Origin: Cyanophyceae cyanobacterium
GTDB lineage: Bacteria > Cyanobacteriota > Cyanobacteriia > Cyanobacteriales > Laspinemataceae
Reading direction: 5' to 3'
DNA length: 64,000 nucleotides
NCBI GenBank assembly: GCA_038321985.1
Contig: JBBQFN010000016.1
Span: 57,714-121,713 of the forward strand
Part shown: in pieces, positions 28,559-39,037 of the stretch
How positions within the stretch are numbered: position 1 is the first letter of the stretch
Layout of the letters: each line of letters starts with the position of its first letter
Program-made: the position numbers and the translations under genes
The notes under the pieces: generated by a model
The model's input: only the letters and a program-made list of their open reading frames with translations
Told to the model about the DNA's origin: nothing
Database searches by the model: none

Positions 28559-29731
28559 ATGCGACTAATCCACACCGCAGATTGGCATCTGGGACGACGC
28601 TTAAAAGGGATAGACCGGACCCGAGAAATTGCTGGAGTGTTACAGCAAATTCTGGCTTACGCAATTGAAAAGGAGGTGGATGCAGTCCTGATTGCCGGGG
28701 ATATTTTTGATGTTCCTAACCCCCCCGCTTACGCAGAACGGGTGGCTTATGAGTTTTTTTGTGGATTACAAGCCGCCGGGATTCCCGCCGTGGCGATCGC
28801 AGGTAATCATGACTCTGCTACTCGCATAGATGGACTCGCTACGTTGCTATCTTTGGCAGGAATTCGGGCGTTAGGAAAACCCCGCCGGGGTGATGATGGC
28901 GGGGTAATTACGTTAGAGACAAAAAGCGGTAAGTTGTGTGTGGGAGCATTGCCGTTTGCTTCCGAAAGGCGGATGTTAGATGCTCAGGCCCTCTGGAATC
29001 AAGATGAAGTAGAACAACGCCAAAGCTACCGGGAAATTGTAGCCGATTTGTTTGCGGATTTAACCCAAGGATTTCGGGACGATCGCGTGAATATTCTCAT
29101 GGGTCATTTGGCGATCGATGGGGCGAGATTGGCTCACTCGGAGGTAGCATATTACACCCGAGATACTTATGCGTTGGGGGAGCAAATTTTACCGCCAGAA
29201 GCTCAATATATTGCCCTAGGACATATTCATGTCCATCAACAAATTCGAGCGAGTTCACCGACTTATTATTCGGGTTCTTTAATTCAAATTGATTTTGGAG
29301 AAGCAGAACAAGAAAAAGGATTTTGTTTAATTACTGTGGAACCGGGCAGTCCGGCAGAAGTAGAATTTATTCCGGTTGCCTGCCAGAAGCCGTTAAAGGT
29401 AATTTGGTGTCAGGGCGATACTTTGAATGACACCTTGGAATCCTATCAATATTATCCAGGCTTTTTAAAAGTGATGGTCAACTTAGATAGTCCTCAGTTA
29501 GGATTGGCCGATCGCGTCCGCCAAATCTGTCCCCATGCGTTACAAATTCAACCGATTTATCCCGAGGCAACGGCTACTTCCGGGCAACGAATTCGCGATC
29601 GCAATTCTTTCGACCCCGTAGAAGAATTTCGCCATTATTACTTAGAACGGCTGGAAACTACCCCTGACCCGGTGGTGGTGCAGGAATTTCAGAATTTATA
29701 TCATAAATTAAAAGAAAAAAATCCGGTGTAA
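28559..29731 (+). CDS. sbcD: Exonuclease SbcCD subunit D
   Basis: MRLIHTADWHLG, AGDIFD, GNHD, ALGHIH, YSGS; ATG at 28559. Confidence 0.95.
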   Translation: MRLIHTADWHLGRRLKGIDRTREIAGVLQQILAYAIEKEVDAVLIAGDIFDVPNPPAYAERVAYEFFCGLQAAGIPAVAIAGNHDSATRIDGLATLLSLAGIRALGKPRRGDDGGVITLETKSGKLCVGALPFASERRMLDAQALWNQDEVEQRQSYREIVADLFADLTQGFRDDRVNILMGHLAIDGARLAHSEVAYYTRDTYALGEQILPPEAQYIALGHIHVHQQIRASSPTYYSGSLIQIDFGEAEQEKGFCLITVEPGSPAEVEFIPVACQKPLKVIWCQGDTLNDTLESYQYYPGFLKVMVNLDSPQLGLADRVRQICPHALQIQPIYPEATATSGQRIRDRNSFDPVEEFRHYYLERLETTPDPVVVQEFQNLYHKLKEKNPV

Positions 29732-29733
29732 AA

Positions 29734-29788
29734 GTGGGAGCCTCTCGTTCCCTAATCATACAATACCAAGGGAGCAAGACGCTCCCAC
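29734..29788. repeat. REP-like inverted repeat between sbcD and sbcC
   Basis: GTGGGAGCCTCTCGTTCCCT...AGGGAGCAAGACGCTCCCAC imperfect inverted repeat. Confidence 0.65.
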
Positions 29789-29892
29789 TCCCCAGATTAT
29801 TCTCAAATTTTGAGTGAGGCTGGCCCGATTACCGATTGTTAAAACAAACTTCTCTAAATTGTCCATTTATCAAATAAAATCACCCTATTTCT

Positions 29893-32800
29893 ATGCGACC
29901 CCTTGAACTGTCTCTGGAAGGATTTACGAGTTTTCGTCGGGAACAAACCCTGGATTTTTCTGAACTGGATTTGTTTGCAATTACCGGGGCAACTGGGGCG
30001 GGAAAATCTTCGTTACTTGATGCCATGACTTATGCCCTTTATGGCACGACATCCCGCACCTCTCAAGCTGGAGAATTAGTGAGTCAAGGGGCGAGTACGT
30101 TAAAAGTACAATTGCGATTTTCCGTGAGTTTAGGGGAATATAGAGTTACCCGAACTTGGCGTTATCGTCCCAGTACCCCAGTTACGCAAGTCTTATTGGA
30201 GAAAACCCTAGCCGATGGCAGTTGGGAAACCCTGGAAACGAAGGAACGGGAAGCAAAAAAGGCGATTACTGAAATTCTGGGGATGGATTTCGATACGTTT
30301 ACTCGGGTAATTTTGTTACCTCAAGGGCAATTTGACGAGTTTTTAAAGGGAAATACGGGCAAGCGTCGGGAAATTTTACGACAACTGGCAGGGTTTGAAA
30401 TTTTTGAGCGGATGCGGAAGGAAACGAATGATTTAGCACGATTATTGAAGCAGGAATTGGCGACAATTGAGCGTCAAATTGCGGATTTAGAAGTACCGGA
30501 TGCGATCGCCATTCAAAAAGAGCAGTCGCAATTAGCCACCTTAGAAAAAGAGATTCCGGTCCTGAATCAAGGCGTGTTAAATGCCCAAACCTTGTTAGAG
30601 GCGGAAGAACGGCTATTTGAGCAACTGGAACGCCTCACAAAGTTTCAAAGCCAATTTGACCAACTCAACCGGCGACAGCCCGAAATCACTGCCCTGAGTG
30701 AACGATTGGCGCGGTCCCAAGTCGCCGATCGCCTGCAAGGAGAGTGGGCATTGGTTCAGGAAGCTCGCACTCAAGATAAATTAGCGGCAAGTCATGCCCA
30801 AAAAGCAGGCGATCGCTTAACCGAAGCGGAAACCCAATTACAGGGAGAACGGCAAAAATTACAAGAAGTGAGAGCAGAATCTGCCGCCCTTGCCCCGCAA
30901 ATTGCCGCCCGAGAGGAAGCCTTAGCCCAAGCAAAGGCGTATGAGGAACAGCGGCAGCAGTTGGAACGGGAGGTGGCGATCGCCTCGACTCAAGCCCAGC
31001 AAAAGCAGCAACAGCAACAAGCCGCAAGCCAGGAACTCGCCCAAGCGGAAGCCAAAGTCAAAGCCGCAACGGTGCAGCTTTCCCTCACAACTGATACCTT
31101 ACAACAGCACAAACCGGGAGGGGATCGTTTAGAACGCCTCACTACTGTCGCCCCGTTATTAGTGGAATGGACCCTAGGGGAAAAGCAACGGAAACAGCAA
31201 GCGCAATCCCTGGATAAAGTGAGTCGGGACCGGAATAATAGCGATCGCACGTATCAATCCGCCCTCACCCACTTACAAGAGGCGCAAGGGGCGATTTCGC
31301 AAATTACCCAGGAGATTGCTGGGGGGGAAACCGCCAACGCGGAAGCCACGAAGTCTAACCATGCAGCCGCCTTACGCTTATCCCTGGAGGCGGGTGAGAC
31401 TTGCCCGGTTTGTGGCGGTATCCATCCCGACTCCGAAGCCGAATTACCCGCTTTACCCGCGATCGCCTGGGTGGATCTCACTGCCTTACAAACCCAGGCA
31501 GCGGCGGCGACTCAAGGGCTGCAAACCGCCCAACTCAATGCCACAAAAGCCGAAGCTGCCCGAGAAAATTTCAAGCAGAAACAAGCAGAGACTCAGGAAC
31601 AACTCGCCGTCATCACTCAGCAACAGCAGCAATTAAAACAGCAGATTACGGACGTCTTACAAAAGAGTGAGGCAGAGGAACTGGATGCAGTCGCCCTCCA
31701 GCAGGAACGGGAAGCCCTCCAAAGAAGCGATCGGGCGTACCGAGAAGCTGCCGAAGCCTACCAACTGGCGATTACCCGCTTGGAAACCGCCCAACAGGGC
31801 CGAGATTTTAGCAGTCGCACCTATCAAACCACCGTCACCGACGCCCAAGCAGCTACCCAAGAGCTCACCCGACGGCAGCAAAATCTCCAAGACGTGCGAG
31901 AAAAACTGGAAGCCATGACGGAGGGGTTATCCTATCAAGTCCTCGCCCAAACCTTAGCCCAACAAAAACAAACCCTCAGCAGCCGCATTTCTGCTGCCGA
32001 AACATCCTATCAATCTGCCGAAAATCGGGTCATTCAAGCCCGAGAAACTGCCCACCAGACCCAGGTTACTGCCGATGCTACCCGGGTCAAACAACAGCAG
32101 TTAAATACCCGTTGGCAGACGAAATTACAAGGGGTTGATTTAACCGAAGCCACCTTTCTCAGCGCCCTTGCTTCCCCTGAGGAACAGGGGAAATGGCAAC
32201 AGGCAATCACCCATCATCGAGAAAGTAGCATTGAACTCTCCACTCGCATTGCTGACTTACAAGAAGCGATCGGCGATCGCACTACCGATGCCCGCCAGTT
32301 ACAACAGCGACAACAAGTCAAACAAATGGCTGAAGATCAGTTAAAAGAAGCCCAAGATAAACGAGTGCAATTATCCACCTGGATTCAATCCGCCGAACAG
32401 AAACAAGCGCAGTCTGAAAAACTCCTCACTGAACAAGAAACCGTCAGCAAAAACTACGATATTTATCATATTTTAGCTCAAAATCTCAAAACAAATGAAT
32501 TTCAATCCTACATCTTAGAACATTTAGAAGCGGAATTAGTCGCCCGGACTACTTTACTGTTAAAAGAACTGACGGAATCTCGTTATGCCCTACAAATGCA
32601 AGAGGGAGAATATTGGGTTGAAGATAACTGGAATGGCGGCGAACTGCGGCGAGTCCGAACCCTATCCGGAGGAGAAACCTTTGCCACTTCCCTTTCAATG
32701 GCGATCGCTCTTTCGGAAAAACTTTCCATGGGGGCAGAGTTGGGCAGTTTATTCCTAGATGAAGGGTTTGGAACCTTAGACTCAGAAACCCTAGAAAGTG

Positions 32801-32946
32801 TCACCCAAATCCTAGAATCCCTCCGTCAACAAAACCGCACCATTGGCGTGATTACTCATGTCAAATCATTAGGAGAACGACTGCCCACCCAAGTTAAAGT
32901 TTTTAAGTCTCCTCAAGGTTCTCGCCTAGAGGTGGAGGTTTTGTAA
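29893..32946 (+). CDS. sbcC: Exonuclease SbcCD subunit C (SMC-like ATPase)
   Basis: Walker A GATGAGKS, LPQGQF, zinc hook CPVCG, LSGGE signature, FLDEGFG, VITH. Confidence 0.96.
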   Translation: MRPLELSLEGFTSFRREQTLDFSELDLFAITGATGAGKSSLLDAMTYALYGTTSRTSQAGELVSQGASTLKVQLRFSVSLGEYRVTRTWRYRPSTPVTQVLLEKTLADGSWETLETKEREAKKAITEILGMDFDTFTRVILLPQGQFDEFLKGNTGKRREILRQLAGFEIFERMRKETNDLARLLKQELATIERQIADLEVPDAIAIQKEQSQLATLEKEIPVLNQGVLNAQTLLEAEERLFEQLERLTKFQSQFDQLNRRQPEITALSERLARSQVADRLQGEWALVQEARTQDKLAASHAQKAGDRLTEAETQLQGERQKLQEVRAESAALAPQIAAREEALAQAKAYEEQRQQLEREVAIASTQAQQKQQQQQAASQELAQAEAKVKAATVQLSLTTDTLQQHKPGGDRLERLTTVAPLLVEWTLGEKQRKQQAQSLDKVSRDRNNSDRTYQSALTHLQEAQGAISQITQEIAGGETANAEATKSNHAAALRLSLEAGETCPVCGGIHPDSEAELPALPAIAWVDLTALQTQAAAATQGLQTAQLNATKAEAARENFKQKQAETQEQLAVITQQQQQLKQQITDVLQKSEAEELDAVALQQEREALQRSDRAYREAAEAYQLAITRLETAQQGRDFSSRTYQTTVTDAQAATQELTRRQQNLQDVREKLEAMTEGLSYQVLAQTLAQQKQTLSSRISAAETSYQSAENRVIQARETAHQTQVTADATRVKQQQLNTRWQTKLQGVDLTEATFLSALASPEEQGKWQQAITHHRESSIELSTRIADLQEAIGDRTTDARQLQQRQQVKQMAEDQLKEAQDKRVQLSTWIQSAEQKQAQSEKLLTEQETVSKNYDIYHILAQNLKTNEFQSYILEHLEAELVARTTLLLKELTESRYALQMQEGEYWVEDNWNGGELRRVRTLSGGETFATSLSMAIALSEKLSMGAELGSLFLDEGFGTLDSETLESVTQILESLRQQNRTIGVITHVKSLGERLPTQVKVFKSPQGSRLEVEVL

Positions 32947-32966
32947 TTCAAATATAGGACCAACCT

Positions 32967-33146
32967 GGAAACGACAGCAAGTCGGTACTACAAACCCAGA
33001 AAAATTCAACCTTACTTGTTCGTAGTCAGGAGAAATCCGGAAACGACTAAAGTCGTTACTACAAACTAAGAAAAATCCGTTCTTAAGTTCGTAGTAACGA
33101 CTTTAGTCGTTATCCTCTTTTGTTCAACGTCATGACTTCAGTTGCT
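32967..33146. repeat. Cluster of REP-like AACGACTAAAGTCGTTACTAC repeats in both orientations
   Basis: Copies near 32970 (degenerate) and 33042, an inverted copy at 33087-33111, and partial copies, between convergent genes. Confidence 0.8.
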
Positions 33147-33189
33147 TTCGGGCTCTCTAAAATCCATTCATTTAAATTGATTAAAAAAC

Positions 33190-34161
33190 TTAAAGGGCAG
33201 TCCCAGAAATTGCCCTAACATCCACATTACCCCCAGAAATAATCACACCAACCCGGCGATCGCCCCGGGAAACAAGTCCTTCCAGTACCGCTGCCGCTGC
33301 TAATGCACCTGTTGGTTCGACTACGATTTTCATCCGTTCCCAGAGGAAAAACATTGTCCGCAAAATAGCGGATTCTGAGACGGTTACCAAGTCATCCACA
33401 TAATGCAAAACTAAGGGAAAGGTTAACTCGCCCAGAGAAGGAGTTCGAGCACCATCGGCAATGGTATCGGGGTTATGAACTCGATGCAATTGTTTACTGT
33501 GGAACGATCGCGCCGCATCATCGGCATTGGCAGGTTCAACCCCGACTACCCGACATCCCGGGGATAAAGTTTTGGCAGCGATCGCACAACCGGAGAGTAA
33601 TCCACCCCCGCCACAGCATACCCACAACTCATCTAATTCTCCCACTTCTTCAATCAACTCTTTCGCCGTTGTTCCTTGTCCCGCAATCACTTCAGCGCGA
33701 TCGTAGGGGGGAATCAACGTTAGGGCGCGATCGCGGGAAAGGGTTGCTGCTAATTCTTCTCGGGAAATTTGCTGCGTGTCATACAAAATCACCTCCGCCC
33801 CATATCCCCGAGTTGCCTTTTGCTTGACTTCTGGCGCATCTTCGGGCATAATTATAGTCGCTGAAACCCCTAATAATTGTGCCGCTAATGCGATCGCCTG
33901 GGCATGATTTCCCGAGGAATAAGCAAGTACCCCTTGCTGCTTTTGGTGCGGGGATAATTGGACTAACGCATTGTAGGCCCCCCGGAATTTAAACGACCCG
34001 GTACGCTGAAAGTTTTCGCACTTAAATAATACTGTGTTGTGGGTAATTTTATTCACGGTTTGAGAGGTCATCACGGGGGTTTTATGGGCGATACCCCGCA
34101 AGTGTTGGGCGGCGGTTTCAATATCCCTATAATTAACCGCCAAATTTGATAAATTACTCAT
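33190..34161 (-). CDS. PLP-dependent threonine/serine dehydratase family (threo-3-hydroxyaspartate ammonia-lyase-like)
   Basis: KCENFQRTGSFKFRGA, SSGNHAQ, GGGGLLSG, VEPTGA, SGGNVD. Confidence 0.92.
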   Translation of the reverse strand: MSNLSNLAVNYRDIETAAQHLRGIAHKTPVMTSQTVNKITHNTVLFKCENFQRTGSFKFRGAYNALVQLSPHQKQQGVLAYSSGNHAQAIALAAQLLGVSATIIMPEDAPEVKQKATRGYGAEVILYDTQQISREELAATLSRDRALTLIPPYDRAEVIAGQGTTAKELIEEVGELDELWVCCGGGGLLSGCAIAAKTLSPGCRVVGVEPANADDAARSFHSKQLHRVHNPDTIADGARTPSLGELTFPLVLHYVDDLVTVSESAILRTMFFLWERMKIVVEPTGALAAAAVLEGLVSRGDRRVGVIISGGNVDVRAISGTAL

Positions 34162-34168
34162 TTTTATC

Positions 34169-34615
34169 TTAATTGGATTTAATCAAGGCTTGTTGATATT
34201 TATCAAAAACTTCCACAAATTCTTTAGGAATCCCTTTGGGGCGCATGGTAAGGGCATCAACCCAAACCCAAAGCACTTCCGCCGTTACAACTAAATCCGA
34301 TTCTCCTTTTTTGCGAATTTCATAATGACGAGTAACCCGGGTACCGCGCAAGTTTTCTAACCAAGTGGTAATCGCTAAAATATCCCCAGCTACCGCTGGA
34401 CGTAAATAATCGATGGTGACTCGCCGCATAATAAAATAACCACCTAATTCTCGATAGCGGTTTAGAGAAAAACCCAGGTATTCTGAGTGTTGAATTCCCA
34501 CCTCTTCTAAATAATGTTGGTAGTTGGCATTGTTAACATGACCCAGGGAGTCCATTTCATAATGACGCACGCGAATATCTGTAACGAATTTCTCCATAGC
34601 GATCGCCGGTTTCAA
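34169..34615 (-). CDS. Acyl-CoA thioesterase (4HBT/YbgC hot-dog fold)
   Basis: VRHYEMDSLGHVNNANY motif; the true start may be the ATG at 34597. Confidence 0.9.
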   Translation of the reverse strand: MKPAIAMEKFVTDIRVRHYEMDSLGHVNNANYQHYLEEVGIQHSEYLGFSLNRYRELGGYFIMRRVTIDYLRPAVAGDILAITTWLENLRGTRVTRHYEIRKKGESDLVVTAEVLWVWVDALTMRPKGIPKEFVEVFDKYQQALIKSN

Positions 34616-35745
34616 TAAGTGAATTTATCTTGATTGTAAACAAATTTGCTCCCGCTTCCGGGCGATCGCACTAATTGCGCCAGAGTTGCCTCCATCACCG
34701 CTGAAGTTTGCCCCGATACGCCAAAAACAAGGGCCTCCCGATACACCCGTCCAGGGTGAGATCCCCCCAGATTAGCTGCACCACTAGAGACGGTAATGGC
34801 TGCTTGAGTACAACGATAGGCTAAATTAATAGCCTGAGCTCGCAAGGGTAACGCCTGGGGATACCAAGTATCGAGTTCCCACCCGGATTGTAGGGACATC
34901 AACTGCCGAATTTCTTGTCGGCAGGTATTCAGTTCTTGATCGAGGGCCTCAAAAGTTGTGCGGATAAAGGAAAGTGACTTTTTCTCGGCGATCGCCTCAA
35001 TAATATCTAATCCGGCGCGGGCGCATCCTAATATTAAACAACTACTATTAAGAACATTTTGGCGATCGCTTTTATGAATCCAACCTGGGGGTTGAATAAA
35101 TAATACTCTGTCCTTGGATAAAACCCACTGTTCCAGGATGCCGCTAACGGTTCGAGTCGATTGCATTGCTTCTAATAACATCGGGGCATTCCAGGTGATT
35201 TTACCGCCATTGTCTTGGATATTCACAAAGGGAATTATCCCATAAATTGCCCCTCCATCGGGCAGTTCTGCCCCAATAACTAACTCAGAAAAAAGTCCAA
35301 AGCCGGTTACCCAAGGCAGGGTTCCGCAAAGGCAAAATCCCCCTTCAATGGGTAATGCTTTTACCAGGGGACTGCCGGCGCGTCGCAAGTGAGAAAATCC
35401 AATCCCTAACAGGCGATTGCCCGTGGCTAGATTGGGAAGATATTCCGCTTTCAAGGCTTCGTTTTGACTGCGGGCGATCGCACTTCCGGCACTTTGATGC
35501 TGGGTTTGTAAAAAGGCTAAAGCACCCGAGTATCGGGCGACTGCTTCCTGAATTTCCCAAGCGATTTCCGGATCTTGACCTCCCCAGGGTCCCGGCAGTT
35601 TTAGCCCCAATAAATGGCGACTGCCTAATCCTTTTAGGGCAGCTTCTAGGACGTCTGTATCCTGATCGAGTGCAGTTGCGTTGGGCGCTACAAAGTCTCG
35701 TAAATAAGACTCTGCCACCTTTAGTAAGGAGTTTTTACAATTCAT
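34612..35745 (-). CDS. Acyl-CoA dehydrogenase family protein
   Basis: AFLQTQHQSA, GIGFSHLRR, PWVTG, RVYREALVF. Confidence 0.85.
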   Translation of the reverse strand: MNCKNSLLKVAESYLRDFVAPNATALDQDTDVLEAALKGLGSRHLLGLKLPGPWGGQDPEIAWEIQEAVARYSGALAFLQTQHQSAGSAIARSQNEALKAEYLPNLATGNRLLGIGFSHLRRAGSPLVKALPIEGGFCLCGTLPWVTGFGLFSELVIGAELPDGGAIYGIIPFVNIQDNGGKITWNAPMLLEAMQSTRTVSGILEQWVLSKDRVLFIQPPGWIHKSDRQNVLNSSCLILGCARAGLDIIEAIAEKKSLSFIRTTFEALDQELNTCRQEIRQLMSLQSGWELDTWYPQALPLRAQAINLAYRCTQAAITVSSGAANLGGSHPGRVYREALVFGVSGQTSAVMEATLAQLVRSPGSGSKFVYNQDKFTY

Positions 35746-35894
35746 TCCCTTGGATTTTAAAAATAAAACTGCGTCTGTTAGTTTGTTTAATTGTACGATA
35801 GGATTATCCCCACATTTAATTGCATTCGGCTTCGACAGGTTTCGAGTTCTTTCGATAAAATAGAAAGGAAGAGAACTTTAGGGAGTTTCCACGG

Positions 35895-36275
35895 ATGTAC
35901 AGCTCTTTACGTCGAATTTTCCTTATATTTGGATTGAGCCTATTGCTCATCTTCGGGTCGTCCTCAGCTCAAGGTGCCGATGCTGATTCCTCCCGAATTT
36001 CTCGCTTAGAAGCGGAAATTTTCAGCTTGCGATCGCAAATTAATCAGTTACAATCCGAGGTAGCTAGACTGGGTAGGCTGCCCCCTTCTTCCCCAGTTAT
36101 TTCCCCTCCCCAACCACAAGATCTCCCACCCTTGACACCCACTCCCAGACAACCGGAAGATCCCTCCCTCGTCCAACAATTTGACAACCTCGCTATCTTG
36201 GCGATCGAACTCAAAGAACGCATCCAAACTGTAGAGGAGAGACTTGCCGAAATAGAAGTCCGTTTCAGTCCTTAA
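35895..36275 (+). CDS. Hypothetical secreted coiled-coil protein
   Basis: Signal peptide, SRISRLEAE coiled coil, Pro-rich linker, FDNLAILAIELKERI. Confidence 0.75.
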   Translation: MYSSLRRIFLIFGLSLLLIFGSSSAQGADADSSRISRLEAEIFSLRSQINQLQSEVARLGRLPPSSPVISPPQPQDLPPLTPTPRQPEDPSLVQQFDNLAILAIELKERIQTVEERLAEIEVRFSP

Positions 36276-36432
36276 CTTTCGACGGGAGGGGACAAAACCA
36301 AAAAAAATCCTAGAAAGTTTCTCTTTTGAGGAGCAATTTTCCCGAGTAACACTTTACGCCTGTCCCCCAATCGTGTCATAATTTAAACAGAAATAAAATC
36401 TGTCCATTTTTCCTTAAAATTGAGGTTACCCT

Positions 36433-36840
36433 ATGATATCACCTTGGCCCAGTTTAGTCACTGTTTCAGCCTTAATTGTTTATTTTGTCGTTACCATTAA
36501 TGTGGGTCGAGCCAGATTTAAATACAAAATTCTGCCCCCCGCTATGTCAGGAAATCCTGATTTTGAAAGAGTCGTTCGAGTCCATGAAAACACCTTAGAA
36601 CAACTCATTTTGTTCTTGCCGGCTTTATGGATTTTTTCTGAATTTGTAAGTCCAGTTTGGGCTGGAGTGCTGGGGGGTGTTTGGGTAATCGGGCGAATTG
36701 TTTACGCTTGGGGATATTACCAAGCTGCCGAAAAACGAGGAATTGGCTTTGCAATTAGTTCATTGACGAGCATGATTTTACTCATTGGTTCCCTCGTTGG
36801 AATCATTTTGAATGTGGTTAACTCCGGCATTTTAAGTTAA
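36433..36840 (+). CDS. MAPEG family protein
   Basis: VGRARFKYKI, FERVVRVHENTLE, GRIVYAWGY. Confidence 0.92.
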   Translation: MISPWPSLVTVSALIVYFVVTINVGRARFKYKILPPAMSGNPDFERVVRVHENTLEQLILFLPALWIFSEFVSPVWAGVLGGVWVIGRIVYAWGYYQAAEKRGIGFAISSLTSMILLIGSLVGIILNVVNSGILS

Positions 36841-37010
36841 ACCTGATCTGCAAGATACCGAAACTTCGATAGAAGTAAAAAGGGGTGAGCTATTCATCCC
36901 TACTTTGCCCAAGTTCAGATAGAGCGAGGGTCTTTATCTACTACTTTACCCCTCGCCCTTCTGATTTTTATTATGATTAGCATTTTTATAAAACCTTTTT
37001 CAAAAATGGT

Positions 37011-37940
37011 ATGATAAATCACTGCTGCGTTTGCAACACGGAATACTTAGACAAAAAAATTCTACGTTGCTCTAAGTGTGGATGGGATTTGACACCAGTT
37101 CCGGGAAGTCAATCAAGTAAACTTAGAAAAGCGTTTTTAGAAAAACAACAAATCCAGATAAACTGGGCGATAAAAATGTGGGTACGCTACGAAATGCAAC
37201 AAGAGGAGTTAAATCATCAGCAACCATCCAGATGCTCTAGCAATTCCCCAGAAACCTTACCCCTAGAGAATCAGTTTGATGAACAGTTTAATCAAGTGAA
37301 TGCCCAGTTGCAACAAGCGCGAGAAGAACGAGCTTATCTTCAATCTCAATTAGAATGGATTTCTACTTATTTACAGAGGGTGAATTATGAGCAAATTGAA
37401 ACCCTTTTAGGTCAAGTCTCCCACTGGATGCAGGGAAGTTCCATCATGCCAACGGAGGAAAAAAATCCTGAACCCTTTTATCCCACTTCTGAGGTGGGAA
37501 TTGATTACAGTCGGTTAATGAACTTACTCTCCAAAGGTAAATGGAAAAAAGCCGATGAAGAAACTTGGGCGATCGCCCTCAAAGCAGCCGTTCGAGAGGA
37601 GGAAGGATGGTTAAGATTAGAAGACTTAGAAAAGTTTCCAAAAACAGATTTAGTGAGCCTAGATTGGTTATGGGAACACTATAGTTATGGTCAGTTTGGA
37701 TTGAGGGTACAGCAGCAAATTTGGGAAGCTGTCCAAGGAGATTACACCGAATTTTGCGATCGCGTCCGATGGAGAGTTCAGGAAAACTGGATTTACTATG
37801 ATGAACTTGACTTTTCATTAGAGGCTGTAGCCGGTCATTTGCCTGCGATCGCATGGCGTAAACGCTCTTGCTATGGGGTAGGGAAATTTACGGCTCAAGA
37901 AGCCTTAAATACATTATTTGCTTCCTTGGAAAATCTTTAA
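37011..37940 (+). CDS. GUN4-domain protein with N-terminal zinc ribbon and coiled coil
   Basis: CxxC...CxxC N-terminus; GIDYSRLMNLL..KWKKADEET, LDWLWEHYSYGQFG..VQ, GHLP. Confidence 0.85.
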   Translation: MINHCCVCNTEYLDKKILRCSKCGWDLTPVPGSQSSKLRKAFLEKQQIQINWAIKMWVRYEMQQEELNHQQPSRCSSNSPETLPLENQFDEQFNQVNAQLQQAREERAYLQSQLEWISTYLQRVNYEQIETLLGQVSHWMQGSSIMPTEEKNPEPFYPTSEVGIDYSRLMNLLSKGKWKKADEETWAIALKAAVREEEGWLRLEDLEKFPKTDLVSLDWLWEHYSYGQFGLRVQQQIWEAVQGDYTEFCDRVRWRVQENWIYYDELDFSLEAVAGHLPAIAWRKRSCYGVGKFTAQEALNTLFASLENL

Positions 37941-37997
37941 TCATTATCCTTACTTTATAGGGAGGGGAAAGTAAGAATAATGATTATTTACTGATGA

Positions 37998-38843
37998 TTA
38001 AGAATTCCCTTCAACATCTCCAATATTAAAAAGGAAGGGAACCCGGGGAGCATCTTTCCCTAACACCAAAACCTTGGGCATTTGAGCACCTCCTTCGCGC
38101 CACGCTTGGATTGCTTCTTTCTGCAGCACTAACTCACCCCCTTGAGCTTTTAATGTTTCTGCTAACAGCCTTTGTGCCTCTGATCTACCTTGAGCGCGAT
38201 TAATATCAGCTTGGGCTTCTTGTTCTGCTTCCCGGGCAATATAAACGGCTCTTTGTGCCCGTTGTTCAGCAATTTGTTTCTCTTCAACTGCTTTAGCAAA
38301 ATCGGTTGAAAAATTCAAATCAATGACGCTGGTATCGATGATAATTACGCCATATTTTTCTAAGCGACCACTTAAGGCGTTATCAAAATCTTCCTTTAAT
38401 GCACTCCGCTGAGTAATGGATTCTTCTGCGGTTTTTTTAGCTCCAGCTATTTTAAACGATTCTTGAGTTTGGGGTGCAATAATTTTCGCAACAATATTTT
38501 CCAACGACCCTTGAGTTCGACGAATCGTTACCACTTGGGTAGGATCCAAACGGAAATTGATCGCAAACCGTCCTGTCAAGTCCTGTAGATCCCGGGTGGC
38601 ACTTTTGGCAGGAACCTCAAATTTTTGAACCGTGACGTCATACACATCCACTTTGGAGATCAGGGGTGGTTTGAGGTGAATTCCTTCGAGTAAAGCACCA
38701 TCGCGAGATTTACCCAAGATACTGAGCACCCCTGCCTCCCCAGGGTTGATAATCACAAAAGAACTTGATCCCAATAGAATTAATAGCGCTAGGACAATTC
38801 CTACAACGATCGCTTGAATATTTTGGGTGTACTGATTCTTCAA
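37998..38843 (-). CDS. Prohibitin/SPFH family protein
   Basis: N-terminal TM, FVIINPGEAGV, AVEEKQIAEQRAQRA. Confidence 0.92.
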   Translation of the reverse strand: MKNQYTQNIQAIVVGIVLALLILLGSSSFVIINPGEAGVLSILGKSRDGALLEGIHLKPPLISKVDVYDVTVQKFEVPAKSATRDLQDLTGRFAINFRLDPTQVVTIRRTQGSLENIVAKIIAPQTQESFKIAGAKKTAEESITQRSALKEDFDNALSGRLEKYGVIIIDTSVIDLNFSTDFAKAVEEKQIAEQRAQRAVYIAREAEQEAQADINRAQGRSEAQRLLAETLKAQGGELVLQKEAIQAWREGGAQMPKVLVLGKDAPRVPFLFNIGDVEGNS

Positions 38844-39037
38844 ATCTTCATCTCCTTTGATGCCGGAATAGACCTACTCCTTATAGATTAGCAGAGTATC
38901 CGGGGAGTGGGAAACTTATGGAGGAGGGATTATGACGGGAGAGGGTATTGCCAGCGCGGTTTGTGAAGAAATCGCCGGAAATGTTAGAAATTATTTACAC
39001 TATATTTAGAACCTTTTCCTGTTGAGGAGTCACTCCC

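Noticed and set aside
30686..32804. Many short alternative-frame and antisense ORFs here and elsewhere in the ORF track
   Set aside because: They lie within well-supported genes and show no recognisable motifs
28559..32946. SbcCD as a Wadjet/Lamassu-like SMC defence system
   Set aside because: Ordinary Mre11/Rad50-type pair with a zinc hook, many HIP1 sites and no effector genes
32967..33146. Possible CRISPR array
   Set aside because: Copies are degenerate, irregularly spaced and in both orientations
37998..38843. Prohibitin as part of the island system
   Set aside because: A canonical conserved cyanobacterial prohibitin about 26 kb away, in a housekeeping context
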